From: a virus
Taxonomy: Duplodnaviria; Caudoviricetes
Length of the DNA stretch: 27,209 nt
Virus record (IMG/VR): IMGVR_UViG_3300032373_000840
Coordinates: 1-27,209 of that record
Strand: one strand, 5' to 3'
The translations under genes were made by a program, and so were the position numbers. How positions within the stretch are numbered: the stretch's first letter is position 1; each line of letters opens with the position of its first letter. This document shows positions 8,315 through 16,584 of this stretch, one piece after another. The notes beneath the pieces are model-generated. The model made no database searches and was not told the origin of the DNA. It worked only from the letters and a program-made list of their open reading frames with translations.

Positions 8315-8358
8315 GTGATCCGCGCCATTACCCCAGGGATGGGGCCGCGCGGATTCAC
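8315..8358 (+). other. GC-rich extended hairpin with a GNRA (GGGA) tetraloop
   Basis: GTGA-TCCGCGC...CCCCA GGGA TGGGG...GCGCGGA-T-TCAC. Confidence 0.5.
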
Positions 8359-8624
8359 CATCGGGGCCACAAATCGCTTCGGCACATACGTGACTGATAT
8401 CAAAAGTAGGTTGCACGTATACAAAGACAATAAATTGGAGGGAGTCGACGTGACGAATGTTGCGATGTTCCCTGCGTTGTCCGCGTGTGCGTTTTTGCGG
8501 TTTGCTGCAACTCAGGGTTTTAAAATAATCAAGTTTATACGTGATGCCTACGTAGTCTTTCGATCTATTTTTGTAGACCAGGTGGTCGATGTAGTTGGTA
8601 CGCAGTCAACCGAGCATCACGATC

Positions 8625-9170
8625 ATGTCTATCATTTTAGTCGTCGACGACGACAGCTTTATACGCGAATCATTAAAACACGCGCTGCAAACGCATACCG
8701 TATACGTAGTCAACGATGGTTTAGAAGCGATTGCGTTTTTAAAAACGATAACGCCGGATTTAGTACTTACCGATCAGAACATGCCGAACATGACGGGGAG
8801 TGAACTCGCTGAACACCTGCGTGATAAGCGGATAGCGTTTGTGATGATGTCGTCAGACCGGGAAGCGTTATTGCAAATCAGCGCGATGGATTTAGGCGCG
8901 ATTGATTATTTGATTAAGCCGTTGTCGCTGGATCAAACCCGCTTTAGTGTGGATACAATTTTAAAACGCTTGCCAGCTAATAGTAATAATGAAAACGATA
9001 TTTTACTGAATACTGCGATTGGTTTGTTGGTTGAGCGTTTTCGGTTGTCGCGACCTAGCGCATACCGGCGTTTACGCAAGATTGCGCGCCTTGAAAACAC
9101 TGATGTTGTAGTGGTGGCGCGAGACCTGGTGATCCATGTCGAAGGGCTGAATATTGGTGGGGATGGTTAG
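8625..9170 (+). CDS. Response regulator with REC and ANTAR domains (AmiR/NasT-like RNA-binding antiterminator)
   Basis: ILVVDDD, PDLVLTDQNMP, MMSS, GAIDYLIKP; C-terminal LNTAIGLLVERFRLSRPSAYRRLRKIAR...VVVARDLV has the ANTAR three-helix pattern. Confidence 0.9.
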   Translation: MSIILVVDDDSFIRESLKHALQTHTVYVVNDGLEAIAFLKTITPDLVLTDQNMPNMTGSELAEHLRDKRIAFVMMSSDREALLQISAMDLGAIDYLIKPLSLDQTRFSVDTILKRLPANSNNENDILLNTAIGLLVERFRLSRPSAYRRLRKIARLENTDVVVVARDLVIHVEGLNIGGDG

Positions 9171-9195
9171 ATTTTAAATAACAGGGAGTGTGCGC

Positions 9196-9804
9196 ATGCT
9201 TATATTTGCAGAAAGGGCTACGGTTCGCCCCAATACGGTGACCGAAGAAAAAATACGCCAATGTAATTTAGAGGCCACTCAGTGCATTAATGCAAAAAAT
9301 TATGCCAAAGCCATTGAGCTACTGAGAACATCTAGGGAGTTGATGCCAAAAACCAATACCAATTACTCGTTAGCCAGTTATTTAAGGTTGCCGTTAGTGC
9401 TTCAGAAAGCTGGCTTCTTTGATGAATCCGTGCACGACCTTAAGCATTTTTTAAATAAAAGAAATAATCCGTTTGATCTCGCAATTGTGCATGATAAATT
9501 GCGGCTTGTGTATCAGAGAGAGAAGGTGAATTACGAAACCGCCGTTGTGCATGCGGTGGCTTCTCTTGCCTGGGAGAGTTTAGGTCGCTTTGGTAATAGA
9601 GTTGATATCGCCGCCTTTCAGGAACCAGCTATCTGGCAGAAGAAAATTAAACCCTTATTGAAAAAACTCAAAATGGAAGAATGCTTAGAGCCTATCGTAT
9701 CTCGATGCGTTTTTTGTTCTGAGGTGCCAAACAAAGATGATATTGAAAGCTTAGTTAGGTTTACTCGCGAATTATTAAGCCATTCAGATGTCGCTCTGGC
9801 TTAA
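9196..9804 (+). CDS. TPR-like helical accessory protein
   Basis: KNYAKAIELL and YLRLPLVLQKAGFFDES helical repeats; GGAG RBS. Confidence 0.7.
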   Translation: MLIFAERATVRPNTVTEEKIRQCNLEATQCINAKNYAKAIELLRTSRELMPKTNTNYSLASYLRLPLVLQKAGFFDESVHDLKHFLNKRNNPFDLAIVHDKLRLVYQREKVNYETAVVHAVASLAWESLGRFGNRVDIAAFQEPAIWQKKIKPLLKKLKMEECLEPIVSRCVFCSEVPNKDDIESLVRFTRELLSHSDVALA

Positions 9805-9957
9805 CGAATACTGATCTATTATCTTCTTTAATTCTAAACTTGCTTGTGGGTATGGCACTTGATTTTGAAGTGACTCATTAATTTTAAGCCGACACTTTTT
9901 GAGTAAGTCTTGCGGTATGTTTCGTTTTGGGAGGGGTGGCATTTTTATCGTTTTCAT
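9784..9957 (-). CDS. Small hypothetical protein (57 aa), absent from the ORF track
   Basis: MKTIKMPPLPKRNIPQDLLKKCRLKINESLQNQVPYPQASLELKKIIDQYSLSQSDI, with AAAGGA RBS. Confidence 0.45.
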   Translation of the reverse strand: MKTIKMPPLPKRNIPQDLLKKCRLKINESLQNQVPYPQASLELKKIIDQYSLSQSDI

Positions 9958-9979
9958 TTTGGTTCCTTTGGTTTAGTGA

Positions 9980-10010
9980 GTAGCCTGGATGAAGCGTAGC
10001 GGAATCCGGG
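9980..10010 (+). repeat. GTAG-family REP-like element
   Basis: GTAG tetramer followed by the imperfect hairpin CCTGGAT-GAAGCGTAGCGGA-ATCCGGG. Confidence 0.65.
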
Positions 10011-10142
10011 GTTTGTGGTTTCGTTCTCCCGGAGAGTCTGCTCCACGAAGTGCTTTGGGTATTCCGTTACACTCCACCCAGGCTACGCTTGATTTTAATA
10101 ATTACATAACACGCCCTTTCTTTTCGTTTATTTTTACGTTTC

Positions 10143-10243
10143 TTGACTTTGCGATCAATCCCTATTAGCTTATAACACAACACGCACTCAGCAAGGCGGG
10201 TAGTATTACCCGCCTTAGCAACCTTTCTTTTGTGTCGTATCTT
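10143..10243 (+). promoter_or_regulatory. Late-operon control region: sigma70-like promoter plus 10-bp inverted repeat
   Basis: TTGACT-N17-TAGCTT (10143-10171); AAGGCGGGTA-GTAT-TACCCGCCTT (10193-10216); second -10-like TATCTT (10238-10243) just before the ATG. Confidence 0.5.
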
Positions 10244-10249
10244 TACGGC

Positions 10250-11494
10250 ATGCCAAATACACAAACACAAAAAAACCAAAAAAACAGTTTTAGTCTTAGC
10301 GATTATTTCCCTGCATTTAAGTCTGGCCCTCAAACCGATAGCGCGGGTAACGAACGAACGTGGACTAATGCCGACCTTGATCAAATCGTAGCAAACACCA
10401 ATTCTCGCATTGAAAAAAACATCTACAGTGGTACGCCGTTTGTTATCGGACATCCTGAAACCAATGATCCGGCTTATGCTTGGACTGCTGATGTGCGCCG
10501 TGTCGGTGATGAACTGCAAGTTAAGGGCGATAAGATTTATGATGCGTTCGAAACCGGTGTGAAAGATGGCCTTTGGCCGAATCGGTCTATTCGCATTGGG
10601 CAAGATGAAAGTGGATATTATTTAAAGCATGTCGGTTTTCTCGGTGCAGCGGCCCCTGCGGTTGATGGACTGGATGCGGTTTATTCTGCACGTGATGGTG
10701 ATACGTTTTTTGATTATGCCGCAAATTATGAGTTTTCATCCGATAGCTATACGCCGGGTATTGTTGCCCGTTTGTTTCGCCGATTTCGTGATTATGTTAT
10801 TGAAAAAGACGGCGTAGAAAAAGCCGATGAATTAATCCCGGACTACGAAATTAATTCGTTAAGCGAACATGCCATCGAGTTGCGCAACAAAGATAAAGAG
10901 TCAGATTCCCCTTCTAGTTTTAACAAACCCGCTTTTAATAAACCCGATGATGGAGACCCTATGCCTACTAAAGAAGAAATGGATGCTGCGGTTGCAGCTG
11001 CTGAAAAACGCGGCCGTGATTCGGCACAAGCGGATTTTTCCGCATCTGAAACAACGCTGAAAGAGCAGTTAGCCGATGAGCAAAACAAAAACAAACGCCG
11101 TGATTATCAATCGCAGGTTGATGGCTTAATTGATAAAGGTCAGTTAACCCCCGCACAAGCGAGTGGCATTGTTGATTTTATGCTGAACCTTGGCAGTGGT
11201 GACGATGTGACGCTTGAGTTTGCCGAAAGCAATGATGCAAATGCAAAAATGATCAAGATCGATCCGATAAAATGGTTTAGTGACTTTGTTGCGCAATTGC
11301 CCGTGCAGGTTGATATGTCACAGTCACCGGATGAGGATGTTGATGGTCAATCATCGAGTGATTTCTCTGGCCCTCAAGGGTCGCATGTAGATGCGGATCG
11401 CTTGGTCTTAGATCGCAAAGCACGGGATTATATGGCTAAAAACCAGGGCGTTGATTACGTTAGCGCTATCCGACACGTAGAAAGAGAGGGCTAA
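10250..11494 (+). CDS. Prohead protease/scaffold (Mu gpI-like)
   Basis: PFVIGHPETNDPAYAW, WPNRSIRI, YLKHVGFLGAAAPAVDGL; C-terminal AR.YM...GVDYVSAI scaffold tail. Confidence 0.9.
   Translation: MPNTQTQKNQKNSFSLSDYFPAFKSGPQTDSAGNERTWTNADLDQIVANTNSRIEKNIYSGTPFVIGHPETNDPAYAWTADVRRVGDELQVKGDKIYDAFETGVKDGLWPNRSIRIGQDESGYYLKHVGFLGAAAPAVDGLDAVYSARDGDTFFDYAANYEFSSDSYTPGIVARLFRRFRDYVIEKDGVEKADELIPDYEINSLSEHAIELRNKDKESDSPSSFNKPAFNKPDDGDPMPTKEEMDAAVAAAEKRGRDSAQADFSASETTLKEQLADEQNKNKRRDYQSQVDGLIDKGQLTPAQASGIVDFMLNLGSGDDVTLEFAESNDANAKMIKIDPIKWFSDFVAQLPVQVDMSQSPDEDVDGQSSSDFSGPQGSHVDADRLVLDRKARDYMAKNQGVDYVSAIRHVEREG
10961..11494 (+). CDS. Probable nested in-frame scaffolding protein (Mu Z-like)
   Basis: Internal GGAGA RBS and ATG (MPTKEEMDAAV...) after a low-complexity linker, followed by coiled coil. 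Confidence 0.6.
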   Translation: MPTKEEMDAAVAAAEKRGRDSAQADFSASETTLKEQLADEQNKNKRRDYQSQVDGLIDKGQLTPAQASGIVDFMLNLGSGDDVTLEFAESNDANAKMIKIDPIKWFSDFVAQLPVQVDMSQSPDEDVDGQSSSDFSGPQGSHVDADRLVLDRKARDYMAKNQGVDYVSAIRHVEREG

Positions 11495-11496
11495 AA

Positions 11497-11832
11497 ATGC
11501 CAGCGAATAAAGTACAACTTTTAACATTATCCATTGCCGCTACGGCTGATTTTAATGAGCACCTTGCGGTATCACAAGCCGGTGCGTTAGCCGTTGCGGC
11601 GGGCAAGATGTTTGGCGTGGCAACGACTGACGGCGAAACAGGTGTGCAGCTCGCGGTGGATGTGTTGGGTACATCAGTAGCGGTTGCCGGTGCTGCGCTT
11701 GCGAAAGATGCCGATCTCGAAGTCGGTGCGAACGGCAAGCTTGTGACTAAAGCCGCTGGGGTTACCGTTGCGCGAGCAATGCAAGCAGCCGGTGCGGACG
11801 GTGACCAAATAGAAGTATTGTTGTTGCCTTAA
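11497..11832 (+). CDS. Capsid cement/decoration protein (DUF2190-like)
   Basis: Ala/Gly-rich 111 aa ending ARAMQAAGADGDQIEVLL; lies between protease and capsid genes. Confidence 0.85.
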   Translation: MPANKVQLLTLSIAATADFNEHLAVSQAGALAVAAGKMFGVATTDGETGVQLAVDVLGTSVAVAGAALAKDADLEVGANGKLVTKAAGVTVARAMQAAGADGDQIEVLLLP

Positions 11833-11879
11833 TTATTTTATAACGAATTTAAAAGAACACATTAAACGGAGATTTATTT

Positions 11880-12809
11880 ATGCCTACTTCTGCACAACGT
11901 CAGGTTATCGACCCTATTCTATCCAACGTGGTGCAGGGGTATAAACACCCTGAACATATTGGCCATGCACTTTTTCCTCGTGTGCCGGTTGAATCATCCG
12001 GTGGACAGGTGATTGAGTTTAATAAAAACTCATTTCGCTTATACAAAACGGCCCGCGCTCCGGGTACGCCGTTTCAACGTATCCAATTTGGCTATTTAGG
12101 TAAACCCTATGCGGTTGAAAATCATGGTGTTGAAGCAGCGGTACCCCGTGAACATATGCGGGACGCGAGTATTGTGCCGGGTATTGATTTGGCCTCAGGC
12201 GCTATTAGCGGCGTAATGAGTGTTAATTCATTGGTGATGGAAAAGCAGCATGCAGATATTGCGCGTAATGCAGCAAGCTATGATGCGAACCACAAGGTGA
12301 CGCTAGCCGGTACGGATCAATGGAATGACTATGTGAATTCCGACCCAGTAAAAGATATTAATGATGCACGTGAAGCGATTCGATCAAGCACGGGTGTGTA
12401 TCCGAATGTGATATCAATCCCCTCTGCTGTTTTTGATATTTTGTGTGAGCATCCAAAGATTACCGATAAAATTAAATACACCCAAACTGCGATTGTGACC
12501 GAGCAATTACTCGCCGCCGCGTTAAAAGCAGATAAGGTTGTTGTCGGTAAAGCGATTGGTTTTGATGATGCAGATGCCTCGATTGATTTTTGGGGTAAGG
12601 ACGTGGTGCTGGCCTATGTGCCGAGTGTGATCAGTGGCGCACAAGAGCCAAGTTATGGTTATACCTATACGCTCACCGGCCACCCAAATGTTGAAGTACC
12701 GTATTGGGATAACTCTACCAAGAGTTGGGTGTATGGCATTGGTTATGAGCGTGTGCCGGTTTTATCGGGCATTACCAGCGGGTTTTTAATTATTAATGCG
12801 ATTGCGTAG
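11880..12809 (+). CDS. Major capsid protein
   Basis: VIDPILSNVVQGY...LFPRVPV...PSYGYTY...SGFLIINA; position in the head operon. Confidence 0.9.
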   Translation: MPTSAQRQVIDPILSNVVQGYKHPEHIGHALFPRVPVESSGGQVIEFNKNSFRLYKTARAPGTPFQRIQFGYLGKPYAVENHGVEAAVPREHMRDASIVPGIDLASGAISGVMSVNSLVMEKQHADIARNAASYDANHKVTLAGTDQWNDYVNSDPVKDINDAREAIRSSTGVYPNVISIPSAVFDILCEHPKITDKIKYTQTAIVTEQLLAAALKADKVVVGKAIGFDDADASIDFWGKDVVLAYVPSVISGAQEPSYGYTYTLTGHPNVEVPYWDNSTKSWVYGIGYERVPVLSGITSGFLIINAIA

Positions 12810-12833
12810 AGCAACATAAACCCAAGAGAGAGA

Positions 12834-12938
12834 GCCGTCCGGTCGTTGTTTGTCGTAACCGGGGATAGTGCAACTGTTCCGACATAGTTGCACTTGAAGG
12901 CCGAAAAGAGTGAGGGTGATTGTCGAGAAGTCACCCTT
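12834..12938 (+). ncRNA. Candidate structured RNA downstream of the capsid gene
   Basis: Three stems (12838-12863, 12867-12894, 12912-12938) with complementary loop sequences CGACA/TGTCG. Confidence 0.45.
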
Positions 12939-12958
12939 GCGTCTAAAAGGATTACATT

Positions 12959-13378
12959 ATGCCTACTCAAAAAACCGATCAAGAAACCAAAACATATATC
13001 TGTGAAAGTCGTGTAAAGCTGGATGGAGACGACTATGAAGCCGGTGAAGAGATTGAGCTGACTCAAAAACAAGCCGACCAAATGTTCGGAAATGCCACGC
13101 CGTCGATTAGTGAACTGAAAGCCGAACAAAAAACAGCGGCTAAGCCAGCAGACAACGCCAAGCCGGATAACACCCAGCCCGAATTATCAGATGAACAAAC
13201 GCAGAAAATTATCGAAGTGATTAACACGCTGGATAAAGACGACAAGGCCCATTTTACCGCATCGAATAAACCAGACGCAAAAGTGCTCTCTGAAAAATGC
13301 GGGTTTAATGTAAGTGCTAAGTTGCGGGATGTGATTTGGGCAGAGTTGCAAGCAGCTAACGAATCAGATGAATCATAG
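12959..13378 (+). CDS. Post-capsid protein (Mu gp35-position type)
   Basis: N-terminal DGDDYEAGEEIEL and C-terminal HFTASNKPDAKVLS...VSAKLRD motifs; synteny. Confidence 0.7.
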   Translation: MPTQKTDQETKTYICESRVKLDGDDYEAGEEIELTQKQADQMFGNATPSISELKAEQKTAAKPADNAKPDNTQPELSDEQTQKIIEVINTLDKDDKAHFTASNKPDAKVLSEKCGFNVSAKLRDVIWAELQAANESDES

Positions 13379-13387
13379 GTCGTTTAA

Positions 13388-13795
13388 ATGCCGTATTGCA
13401 CTAAGCAGGATTTGATTGATCGATTTGCTGAGTCCGAGCTGATACAGCTTACGGATAGAAGCAATTCCGGCTTGATTGACGATACGGTTTTAAATAAGGC
13501 GATTGCCGATGCCGATGCGGAAATTGATTCAAAGCTAAAAAATCGTTATACGGTACCGCTCTCTCCGACACCCGATATTTTAAACCTTAAAGCTTGTGAT
13601 ATTGCTCGTTACTTTTTGTATGAAGATAGCCCGACTGATCATGTGACCAAACGCTATGACGATGCCATTAAGTTTTTAAAAGAAGTACGAGACGGTAAAG
13701 AAAGCCTCGGTGTTGATACCCCTGCCCCTACTACATCACCGGGCCGGATGAAAGTAAGACAAGGTAATAGCGTGACCGATTGGGATACTTACTAA
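13388..13795 (+). CDS. Head-tail adaptor, Mu gp36/DUF1320 family
   Basis: MPYCTKQDL...AIADADAEIDS.L..RY..PL...ACDIARYFLY. Confidence 0.92.
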   Translation: MPYCTKQDLIDRFAESELIQLTDRSNSGLIDDTVLNKAIADADAEIDSKLKNRYTVPLSPTPDILNLKACDIARYFLYEDSPTDHVTKRYDDAIKFLKEVRDGKESLGVDTPAPTTSPGRMKVRQGNSVTDWDTY

Positions 13796-14247
13796 TGGCC
13801 GGTGTTGAATTCAACTATACGATTAAAGATACAAGCCCATCGATTCAAGAAGCACTTAAAAAGATCGAAAATTTTAATGCGCGGGCGATGTTCGATGATG
13901 TCGGTGAGTATATGGTAAGTACGACCGTTGATCGGTTTGCACGGGCGCAAGATAAAGATGGTAATGACTGGATACCGAGTCAAAGTGCAATTAACGAGGG
14001 TCGTAATACACTAACGAAAGGTGGTCATCTACGTGACTCGTATACCTATCTAACTTATATCGATGGCACCGGCGTTGTGCATGGGTCTGGTATGGAGAAA
14101 TATGCGGCCATCCATGAATTCGGCGGTGATGCCGGTATTAATCACTCTGTCCATTTACCCGCTCGCCCCGTGCTCGGCCTCAACAGTAATAACGAAGATG
14201 ACATTGATGCGATTTGTGAACGGTTCATACGTGAGGCTCTGCAATGA
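13795..14247 (+). CDS. Virion morphogenesis protein (Mu gpG-like)
   Basis: TLTKGGHLRDS, KYAAIHEFGG, LPARPVLGL. Confidence 0.9.
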   Translation: MAGVEFNYTIKDTSPSIQEALKKIENFNARAMFDDVGEYMVSTTVDRFARAQDKDGNDWIPSQSAINEGRNTLTKGGHLRDSYTYLTYIDGTGVVHGSGMEKYAAIHEFGGDAGINHSVHLPARPVLGLNSNNEDDIDAICERFIREALQ

Positions 14248-14804
14248 GTATTGAGGCAGTTGAAGATGCGATGCTCGCCACGATTACCACACAGTTGGGC
14301 AATAAGCTACGCAAAGTTGATACGTTACCTGGCCCGCTCGATGTTGATTTGTTAACGCGTTTAGCGGCTAGTTCACCGGGTGCGTATGTGAGTTTTTTAG
14401 GTGGGCGTAATAAAAAGACCGATAAAATCGCAATGGTTGATGGTGTGTTTGCACTGTATGTGTTGGTAAACCATGCCGGTGGCCACCGTGCAAAACAACG
14501 CGGTGCCGCAAATGTGATTGGGGCGTATGACATTCTAAATGCGCTTATCCCTCACTTGAATCATTTGGATATTACCGATGTGGGTGTGCTGCGGTTTCAG
14601 CAAGTGCAAAACTTATTTAAGGTAGATTTGGATAAAAAAGGCGTGATGGTTTATGCGGCCACGTTTTTATTACCTAACCTGGTTTTTGAGTTTGTTGATG
14701 ATACGGTGCTCGATGACTTTGAAACCTTCAACGCCGATATCGACATGGCCCCGGCTGATGGCACGATTGATATAACCGTTAACGAAACTTTACCGATTGT
14801 TTAA
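14244..14804 (+). CDS. Tail terminator-like protein, Mu gp37/DUF1834 family
   Basis: Synteny; IEAVEDAMLA...PGAYVSFLG...IGAYDIL. Confidence 0.8.
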   Translation: MSIEAVEDAMLATITTQLGNKLRKVDTLPGPLDVDLLTRLAASSPGAYVSFLGGRNKKTDKIAMVDGVFALYVLVNHAGGHRAKQRGAANVIGAYDILNALIPHLNHLDITDVGVLRFQQVQNLFKVDLDKKGVMVYAATFLLPNLVFEFVDDTVLDDFETFNADIDMAPADGTIDITVNETLPIV

Positions 14805-14815
14805 AGGAGCCATAC

Positions 14816-15106
14816 ATGGCGAATAAACCCGACAAATTATTTTTAAAACCGAATAATTTAGTTTCTATTGATCCAGAAACTAAAAAGAAAGTTGAGGGTA
14901 AAGCACTGGTTGTTCGTGACCCTACCACCAATCTCGCGCTTGGTGCAGATGGCGAATGGAAGCCGAATAATACGTATTGGAAACGCCGCTTGCGCGATAA
15001 GGATGTATCTGAAGTGAAACCGCCGAAAGAAGTTAAGAAAGTCGAAAAGGCGAAAGCAACAAAAGAAACCACGCCTGAAAAAGATAAAGACAAAGGAGCG
15101 AAATAA
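14816..15106 (+). CDS. Mu gp38/DUF2635 family protein
   Basis: VRDP...YWKRRLRDKDV motif immediately before the sheath gene. Confidence 0.85.
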   Translation: MANKPDKLFLKPNNLVSIDPETKKKVEGKALVVRDPTTNLALGADGEWKPNNTYWKRRLRDKDVSEVKPPKEVKKVEKAKATKETTPEKDKDKGAK

Positions 15107-16572
15107 TGTTTAACGAGATTCCGAACAATATTAAAGTTCCGCTCACGTATATTGAGTTTGATAACTCACGCGCCGTGCAAGGTACTCCGGCCATCCCTTA
15201 CAAATTATTGGTGATGGGCCAACGCTTAGCAGTGGGTACGGTAGCGGCGGATGTGCCTATACTTGTCACTTCAGAGGCACAAGCGGAGAAATATTTTGGC
15301 CGTGGTTCAATGCTCTCTGCGATGATTAAAGCCTTGAAAAAAGCAAACCGGTTTGTAGAACTTTGGGCGATTGCATCCGATGATAATGCGGGTGGTGTGT
15401 TAGCAGCGGGTACAGTCACCCCCACGGGTGCAGCTACAGCAGCGGGTACGATTCAGCTTTATATTGCCGGTAAAAAAATAAGTGTAGCCGTTGCGGTGGG
15501 TGATGATGGCGATGCCATTGCGATTAATATGGCCGCTGCAATTAATGCGGTGACGGATTTACCGGTCACGGCTGCGGTCGATGGTATAACGCTGAACGAA
15601 GTGGATGTAACCGCTCGCCACAAAGGTGAAGTCGGTAATGACATCGACATGCGCGTGAATTATCAAATCGGTGAAGAGTTACCGGCAGGTATTACTTGCC
15701 CTGTTGTTGCGATGAGTGCCGGTACGACTAATCCAGATATTTCAACCGCCATCGCGGCCATGGGTGACGAATGGTACAACGTGATGGTCTGCCCGTATAC
15801 GGATGCAACGAACCTCACCGCGCTGGAAACAGAGATGACGACACGCTGGGGGCCGACCAAACAAATTGATGGCCAAGTGTTTACCGCCTTCCGTGGATCG
15901 GTTGGCGTTACGCAAACCTTTGGTGATGGCCGTAACTCGCAACATGTGAGTTGTATGGGTACCGGGATCTCTCCCACACCGCCGTATATTTGGGCCGCTG
16001 TGAATGCAGGTGTTGCCGCAATGAGCTTGTCGATTGATCCGGCACGGCCTTTACAAACCTTATTTATGCCGGGTGTGTTACCGCCTGCAATTACTGATCG
16101 CTGGACGTTTGAAGAGCGCAATTTATTACTCGGTGATGGTGTTGCTACATCGATTGTAGATGCCGGTGGTCGGGTGTTGATTGAAAGACAAGTCACGATG
16201 TATCAAGAGAACGCTTTCGGTGTGCCTGATCCGAGTTATCTCGATGTGAATACCGGTGCGACCTTGTCTTATTTGCGTTACAGCACTCGTGCGCGGATTA
16301 GTTTGAAATTCCCACGGCATAAGTTAGCCAGTGACGGCACCCGCTTTGGGCCAGGGCAAAAAGTGGTAACGCCTTCGGTGATTAGAGGCGAATTGATCGC
16401 GTTGTTTCGCGAGTGGGAAACGGCGGGACTGGTTGAAAACTTTGAACAGTTTAAAGAAGATCTCGTGGTTGAACGCGATGGCAACGATGCCAACCGCGTG
16501 AATGTGCTAGCACCGCCGGACTTAATGAATCAGTTTCGGGTGTTTGCGGCTCAACTTCAATTTATCGTTTAA
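15106..16572 (+). CDS. Contractile tail sheath protein (Mu gpL-like)
   Basis: FNEIP.NI.VP..YIEFDNS, FGRGSML, DPARPLQTL, FPRHKLA.DGT. Confidence 0.95.
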   Translation: MFNEIPNNIKVPLTYIEFDNSRAVQGTPAIPYKLLVMGQRLAVGTVAADVPILVTSEAQAEKYFGRGSMLSAMIKALKKANRFVELWAIASDDNAGGVLAAGTVTPTGAATAAGTIQLYIAGKKISVAVAVGDDGDAIAINMAAAINAVTDLPVTAAVDGITLNEVDVTARHKGEVGNDIDMRVNYQIGEELPAGITCPVVAMSAGTTNPDISTAIAAMGDEWYNVMVCPYTDATNLTALETEMTTRWGPTKQIDGQVFTAFRGSVGVTQTFGDGRNSQHVSCMGTGISPTPPYIWAAVNAGVAAMSLSIDPARPLQTLFMPGVLPPAITDRWTFEERNLLLGDGVATSIVDAGGRVLIERQVTMYQENAFGVPDPSYLDVNTGATLSYLRYSTRARISLKFPRHKLASDGTRFGPGQKVVTPSVIRGELIALFREWETAGLVENFEQFKEDLVVERDGNDANRVNVLAPPDLMNQFRVFAAQLQFIV

Positions 16573-16584
16573 GGGGTAGCTATT

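Noticed and set aside
8315-8803. 162-aa + strand ORF
   Set aside because: It overlaps the clear REC-ANTAR gene by about 180 nt in another frame and its 5' part is a hairpin; only a shorter product from the GTG near 8450 remains possible
10067-10603. 178-aa minus-strand ORF
   Set aside because: Antisense shadow of the protease gene with no recognisable motifs
12834-12910. Hammerhead ribozyme (GAAA after a three-way junction)
   Set aside because: The CUGANGA core is absent
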